Positions 59,645 through 64,000 of a stretch of 64,000 nt of DNA are shown here, piece after piece. A program made the translations under genes and the position numbers. Below the pieces are notes generated by a model. The model was not told where the DNA came from and ran no database searches. It saw only the letters and a program-made list of their open reading frames with translations. This DNA comes from Marinicella sp. (GTDB lineage Bacteria; Pseudomonadota; Gammaproteobacteria; Xanthomonadales; Marinicellaceae). Within the stretch, counting starts at the first letter, position 1; each line of letters opens with the position of its first letter. The DNA lies in the NCBI GenBank assembly GCA_965230295.1, contig OZ246001.1:2656001-2720000 (forward strand), written 5' to 3'.

Positions 59645-60688
59645 ATGATCAAAGCCGAAGACTTAAAAGAATATTATCCATTCAATAAAATTGATGTGAA
59701 ATTCTATCCGTTGTTGCTGAATGAGTTTGAATATTTTGAAAAGCAACAGGGTGATAAGTTGTATGAAATCAATCGCCGTGCAGAAAACACCAAATACCTC
59801 ACCAAAGGTGTGGTGCAGATCACCACTGATAAAGGCCGTGAAAAAACCCTGAAATCCACTTCGTTATCGGCCAAATACCCAGTTGGAGATGCCAACAAGT
59901 CCAACACCATGGATGCTGTTGTGACATCCAAAGCCATGAAAGGCTTTCAAATCAGTTCCAATTTGGTAGATCATTTACAAGTCTGGAATTCGGTTTACAC
60001 CAACGCCGCCCAAGACAGTCCTTTAAGGGGGCACAACAGTTATGATTGGGTGGTGGGTTTATTGAAAAGCCGTTCAGTACAAATGCTGCCACAAGGTAAC
60101 ATTGGAGAATTGTTTAACGAACTGGATTCTGTTCAAGTTAAAGCCGGTCAAGAAGTGATCTCAGAAGGAGATCCTGGTGATTATTGTTACATCATCGCTG
60201 AAGGTGTGGCAGATGTTTATCAAGTGGTTGCTGAAGGTGAAAAGAAAGTTGCGATACTCGACCAGGGCACATTATTCGGTGAATCGGCACTGGTCAGCAG
60301 TGAACCTCGAAATGCTTCGGTGCGCATGCAAACAGATGGTCTATTGATGCGCTTGGCAGGAGCGACATTTTCCAAGCTGCTCAAAGCCCATGTTGTGCGT
60401 TGGATAACGGCACAATCGGCACTGGAAATGTTGACTGCAGGCGCCACTTTGATCGATGTCAGAGAACCAGAGGAGTATGCTCGACAGTCGATTCAAGGTT
60501 GTTTCAATATTCCGGTCACCAAAATCAGAAAGAATGTACATAAGTTGAACCTCAACTCAACCATCATCACCTGTAGCAACCTGGGATCCAGATGTGCATC
60601 TGCTGCATTTACCCTGGCCACATTGGGTTACGATGTGTATGCCTTACAAGGCGGCATCAACGGTTTAATCAGGACCTTACAGAGTTGA
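59645..60688 (+). CDS. Cyclic-nucleotide-binding protein with C-terminal rhodanese domain
   Basis: EGDPGDYCYII, FGESAL..PRNASV, LIDVREPEEY, C..G.R, LQGG. Confidence 0.9.
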   Translation: MIKAEDLKEYYPFNKIDVKFYPLLLNEFEYFEKQQGDKLYEINRRAENTKYLTKGVVQITTDKGREKTLKSTSLSAKYPVGDANKSNTMDAVVTSKAMKGFQISSNLVDHLQVWNSVYTNAAQDSPLRGHNSYDWVVGLLKSRSVQMLPQGNIGELFNELDSVQVKAGQEVISEGDPGDYCYIIAEGVADVYQVVAEGEKKVAILDQGTLFGESALVSSEPRNASVRMQTDGLLMRLAGATFSKLLKAHVVRWITAQSALEMLTAGATLIDVREPEEYARQSIQGCFNIPVTKIRKNVHKLNLNSTIITCSNLGSRCASAAFTLATLGYDVYALQGGINGLIRTLQS

Positions 60689-60910
60689 GTTAAACCGCTT
60701 GAATTGAGCCATTGAATCTGGCTATTTTTTCGCACTTCTGTTACAATTTGCACGCCTGATTTTAGGTGGTGATTTCAGCAGCACCTCCATTCAGACCAAC
60801 AACCATTGATTGCGTGAGAGAGACGCAACCAATAATTCACAAAAGATGCTTTTTCTCCTGTTTTGATGATTCGAATAGTTTATTAAAAGCCAGATAAAAC
60901 AATAAAAAAA

Positions 60911-61813
60911 ATGACCAATTCAAACCTCAGTGCGGGTCAAAAGTTCCGCGAAGCAGTTACCAACAACCGGCCCCTCAAAGTGGTCGGAGCCATCAATGCC
61001 TTCACTGCCAGAATGGCCAAGAATGTGGGACACCAAGCCATTTACTTGTCTGGGGGTGGTGTGGCAGCCAATTCTTTGGGAATGCCTGACCTGGGAATTT
61101 CTTCACTGGAAGATGTGTTGACCGATGTCCGTCGCATCACCGATGTTTGTGATTTGCCACTATTGATTGATGTAGATACCGGTTGGGGAGGGGCATTCAA
61201 CATAGCCAGAACTACCCGTTCAGTGATCAAAGCAGGTGCTGCTGCGATGCACATTGAAGATCAAGTTGCCCAGAAACGTTGCGGTCATCGGCCGAATAAA
61301 GAAGTGGTTTCACAACAAGAAATGGTGGATCGAATCAAAGCAGCTGTTGATGCCAGAACTGATGAAGGTTTTGTCATCATGGCCAGGACCGATGCTTTGG
61401 CCATTGAAGGTGAAGAAGCAGCCATTGAAAGGGCCATAGCTTGTGTTGAAGCAGGTGCTGACATGATTTTTCCTGAAGCGATGAAAACTTTGGACCAGTA
61501 CCAACGTTTCAAGGATGCAGTGGGTGTGCCTATTTTGGCCAACATCACTGAATTCGGCCACACCCCATTGTTCACCAGTGATGAATTGGGTCAGCATGGC
61601 GTTGATATCGTGCTGTATTGTTGTAGCGCATACCGAGCAATGAATCGTGCGGCTGAGTTGGTGTATCAATCGATACTGTCCCAAGGTCACCAAAAAGATG
61701 TCTTGGAAATCATGCAAACCAGAGAAGAGCTGTACAGTCATTTGGACTACCACAGCTACGAACAAAAATTAGATCAATTATTTTCACAAGAAAAAGATTC
61801 AGAGGATAAATAA
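60911..61813 (+). CDS. prpB: Methylisocitrate lyase
   Basis: [28 protein letters not shown]. Confidence 0.98.
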   Translation: MTNSNLSAGQKFREAVTNNRPLKVVGAINAFTARMAKNVGHQAIYLSGGGVAANSLGMPDLGISSLEDVLTDVRRITDVCDLPLLIDVDTGWGGAFNIARTTRSVIKAGAAAMHIEDQVAQKRCGHRPNKEVVSQQEMVDRIKAAVDARTDEGFVIMARTDALAIEGEEAAIERAIACVEAGADMIFPEAMKTLDQYQRFKDAVGVPILANITEFGHTPLFTSDELGQHGVDIVLYCCSAYRAMNRAAELVYQSILSQGHQKDVLEIMQTREELYSHLDYHSYEQKLDQLFSQEKDSEDK

Positions 61814-61814
61814 C

Positions 61815-62945
61815 ATGGGAAATGTAAAAAAAGCAGGCGGCGCGGGCCTCAGGGGTCAAAGCGCTGGTGAAACGAAATTATGTACAGTTGGTAAAATTGG
61901 CGCTGGCCTGACTTACCGTGGTTATGATGTGGATGACCTGGCTACCAATGCCAGTTTTTATGAAACGGCCTACTTGATTTTGCACGGCAAACTGCCTAAC
62001 CAAGCAGAATTGGATGCCTACAAGCAGAAAATCAACAGTTTGCGTGAATTGCCGGAAGCCGTCAAGAAAACCCTGGAGTTGATTCCTAAAGATGCCCACC
62101 CAATGGATGTGATGCGCACCGGTTGTTCGATTTTGGGCAATGTGGAAGGTGAAACTGATTTCTCACAACAGTTGGACAAAGCCGACCGCTTGGTGGCCAT
62201 TTTTCCATCCATCATTTGCTACTGGTATAAATTTGCGCATGAAGGGGTGCGCATCGAAACCGCCTCTGACATCGATGGTGTAGGCGCTCACTTTTTAGAG
62301 ATGCTGCATGGCAAGGCGCCCAATGAATTACACGCCAGGGTGATGGATGTGTCATTGATTCTGTACGCTGAGCACGAATTCAATGCGTCAACCTTCACCG
62401 GTCGCGTCGTGGCATCGACCTTGTCAGACATCCATTCATGTGTGACTGCATCAGTGGGTGCTTTGCGTGGTCCGTTGCATGGCGGCGCCAATGAAGCGGC
62501 CATGGCTCTGCTACAAAAATTCTCAAGCGTAGAAGAAGCTGAAGCCGGTATTGATGAAATGCTGCGCACCAAACAGCTGATCATGGGTTTTGGCCATGCC
62601 GTTTATACCGAGGTGGATCCACGCAATGCCATCATCAAGCGCTGGTCAGAACAATTGGCTGAAGAAGTGGGTGACACGGTGTTGTACCCTGTCAGTTGTG
62701 CGGTTGAGAAAAAAATGTGGGATGAGAAAAAACTGTTCCCTAATGCCGATTTCTTCCACGCATCGGCCTACCACTTCATGGGTATCCCGACCGAGTTATT
62801 CACACCTATTTTTGTGATGTCACGTGTCACTGGTTGGACCGCTCATGTGATGGAGCAACGAGAAAACAACCGCATCATCAGACCCAATGCTGACTACACA
62901 GGCCCTGATACCCGCAGAGTCGGACCGATAGAAGAACGCGACTGA
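61815..62945 (+). CDS. prpC: 2-methylcitrate synthase
   Basis: GLRGQSAG, EHEFNASTF, GPLHGGANE, GFGH, FPNADF. Confidence 0.97.
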   Translation: MGNVKKAGGAGLRGQSAGETKLCTVGKIGAGLTYRGYDVDDLATNASFYETAYLILHGKLPNQAELDAYKQKINSLRELPEAVKKTLELIPKDAHPMDVMRTGCSILGNVEGETDFSQQLDKADRLVAIFPSIICYWYKFAHEGVRIETASDIDGVGAHFLEMLHGKAPNELHARVMDVSLILYAEHEFNASTFTGRVVASTLSDIHSCVTASVGALRGPLHGGANEAAMALLQKFSSVEEAEAGIDEMLRTKQLIMGFGHAVYTEVDPRNAIIKRWSEQLAEEVGDTVLYPVSCAVEKKMWDEKKLFPNADFFHASAYHFMGIPTELFTPIFVMSRVTGWTAHVMEQRENNRIIRPNADYTGPDTRRVGPIEERD

Positions 62946-62968
62946 GTTCGGATGATTTAATTGATATT

Positions 62969-62993
62969 AAGCCCGATTTATTCGGGCTTTTTT
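62969..62993 (+). terminator. Rho-independent terminator after prpC
   Basis: AAGCCCGA-TTTAT-TCGGGCTT followed by T tract. Confidence 0.88.
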
Positions 62994-63131
62994 GATTCCT
63001 GGAGTTGATGCTGCGGAAAGCCAGTAGCTTATCCTGCTACTTAAGTGGATTCTGGTGCGCTTTGTGATCAGGTGGTTCCCTAATGGTAGAAAAGCGCTTA
63101 TGATAAAGTTATTCAACAACAGGAAATCATT

Positions 63132-64000
63132 ATGGTGGAACCCATATATCGTTGGATCAAAGCGGGCTTGATTCCGTCCGACCAGACCCAATCAGCCTTA
63201 GAATTAGCGGAGGAAAGGGCTTCGTCAAAGGGTTGGTTATCATTCATACTCAAACTGCTGGTCTTGCTGGGTGTCTTGTCTCTGGCATTTGGTGTGGTGT
63301 TTTTCTTTGCTTATAACTGGAATGCGTTGGGAAGGGCATTCAAATTCATCACTTTACAAGTCTTGTTAGTTGCTGTTTTTGCTTTGTATTTCTTCAGAGC
63401 GAAATCGGCATGGACAGCACAAGCGCTGTTACTGGGTGGTGTATTGGTTTTGGGTACTTTATTGGCCCAATTCGGCCAGACCTATCAAACCGGGGCAGAT
63501 CCTTGGCAATTGTTTGCTACATGGGCCTTGTTGATTTTGCCATTGGTTTTATTCAGCCGTTCAGAAGTGTTGTGGTTGGTGATGGTATTGTTGATCAACA
63601 CGGCATTGACTTTGTATTTACAAGTAAACCGTTCCTTGTTTGGGGTGTTATTTCTGGGCTACCACTTACCGTGGTTCTATTTAACCATCAATGCGGTATT
63701 TCTGTTGGTCATGGAGTGGTTGGCAAGTCAGTCAGCAAGCCCAGTACCTTTGTTGAAATTAACCCATCGATGGGCAGCACAAGTCTTGGGTGTGGTGGTG
63801 ATTTTCATTTTGGGTGTCATGGGTTTGGAAGCCATTTGGGGAAGTTCTCGGGAAAGTAACATAAATCTGCTGATGTTCATGGTACTGATGCCTGCCTTGT
63901 TTTTTTATTATCGATATCTTGCCAAAGATTTGTTGCTGTTAACTGCTTGGTTGTTGTCGTTGATCTTCTTTGTGCTGTCCATGTTGGCAAGAGCCGTGTT
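63132..64000 (+). CDS. DUF2157-like membrane protein (runs off window end; absent from ORF track)
   Basis: Manual translation MVEPIYRWIKAG..VVFFFAYNW..FGQTYQTGADPWQLF. Confidence 0.85.
   Translation, partial: MVEPIYRWIKAGLIPSDQTQSALELAEERASSKGWLSFILKLLVLLGVLSLAFGVVFFFAYNWNALGRAFKFITLQVLLVAVFALYFFRAKSAWTAQALLLGGVLVLGTLLAQFGQTYQTGADPWQLFATWALLILPLVLFSRSEVLWLVMVLLINTALTLYLQVNRSLFGVLFLGYHLPWFYLTINAVFLLVMEWLASQSASPVPLLKLTHRWAAQVLGVVVIFILGVMGLEAIWGSSRESNINLLMFMVLMPALFFYYRYLAKDLLLLTAWLLSLIFFVLSMLARAV

Noticed and set aside
63410-63859. 149-aa ORF in the track
   Set aside because: Out-of-frame overlap with the DUF2157-like gene starting at 63132
1-64000. tRNA, rRNA, integrase or prophage genes
   Set aside because: None recognised by eye; a tRNAscan/Infernal run would be needed to exclude small RNAs

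Overview
Gammaproteobacterial chromosome segment, probably a Marinicella/Xanthomonadales-like marine bacterium (inference from gene style). Core blocks: bamA-skp-lpxD-fabZ-lpxA-lpxB-rnhB-dnaE, hemH, tesA-ybbA-ybbP, a DUF1631 protein, a GntR(YtrA)-led membrane/serine-hydrolase operon, and on the right MFS, CDF, acpH, pip, Nramp-pxpABC, zapE, ampG, prpB-prpC. An accessory region at about 23.5-44 kb holds an AT-rich GIY-YIG-like + HEPN two-gene cassette, several secreted surface proteins, a decayed IS3-family element, a 3388-aa repeat adhesin bracketed by 367-bp direct repeats of an MFS 3' end, and a pdxH pseudogene. Best leads: (1) unrelated secreted proteins share a C-terminal D-x-I-F-x-D-[GD]-F-E tag, a candidate sorting signal; (2) a non-coding 395/482-bp element present twice and rich in C(GNA)G triloop hairpins, suggesting a ssDNA-structured mobile element; (3) the GIY-YIG/HEPN candidate defence pair. 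All family calls are from motif recognition by eye; no searches were run.
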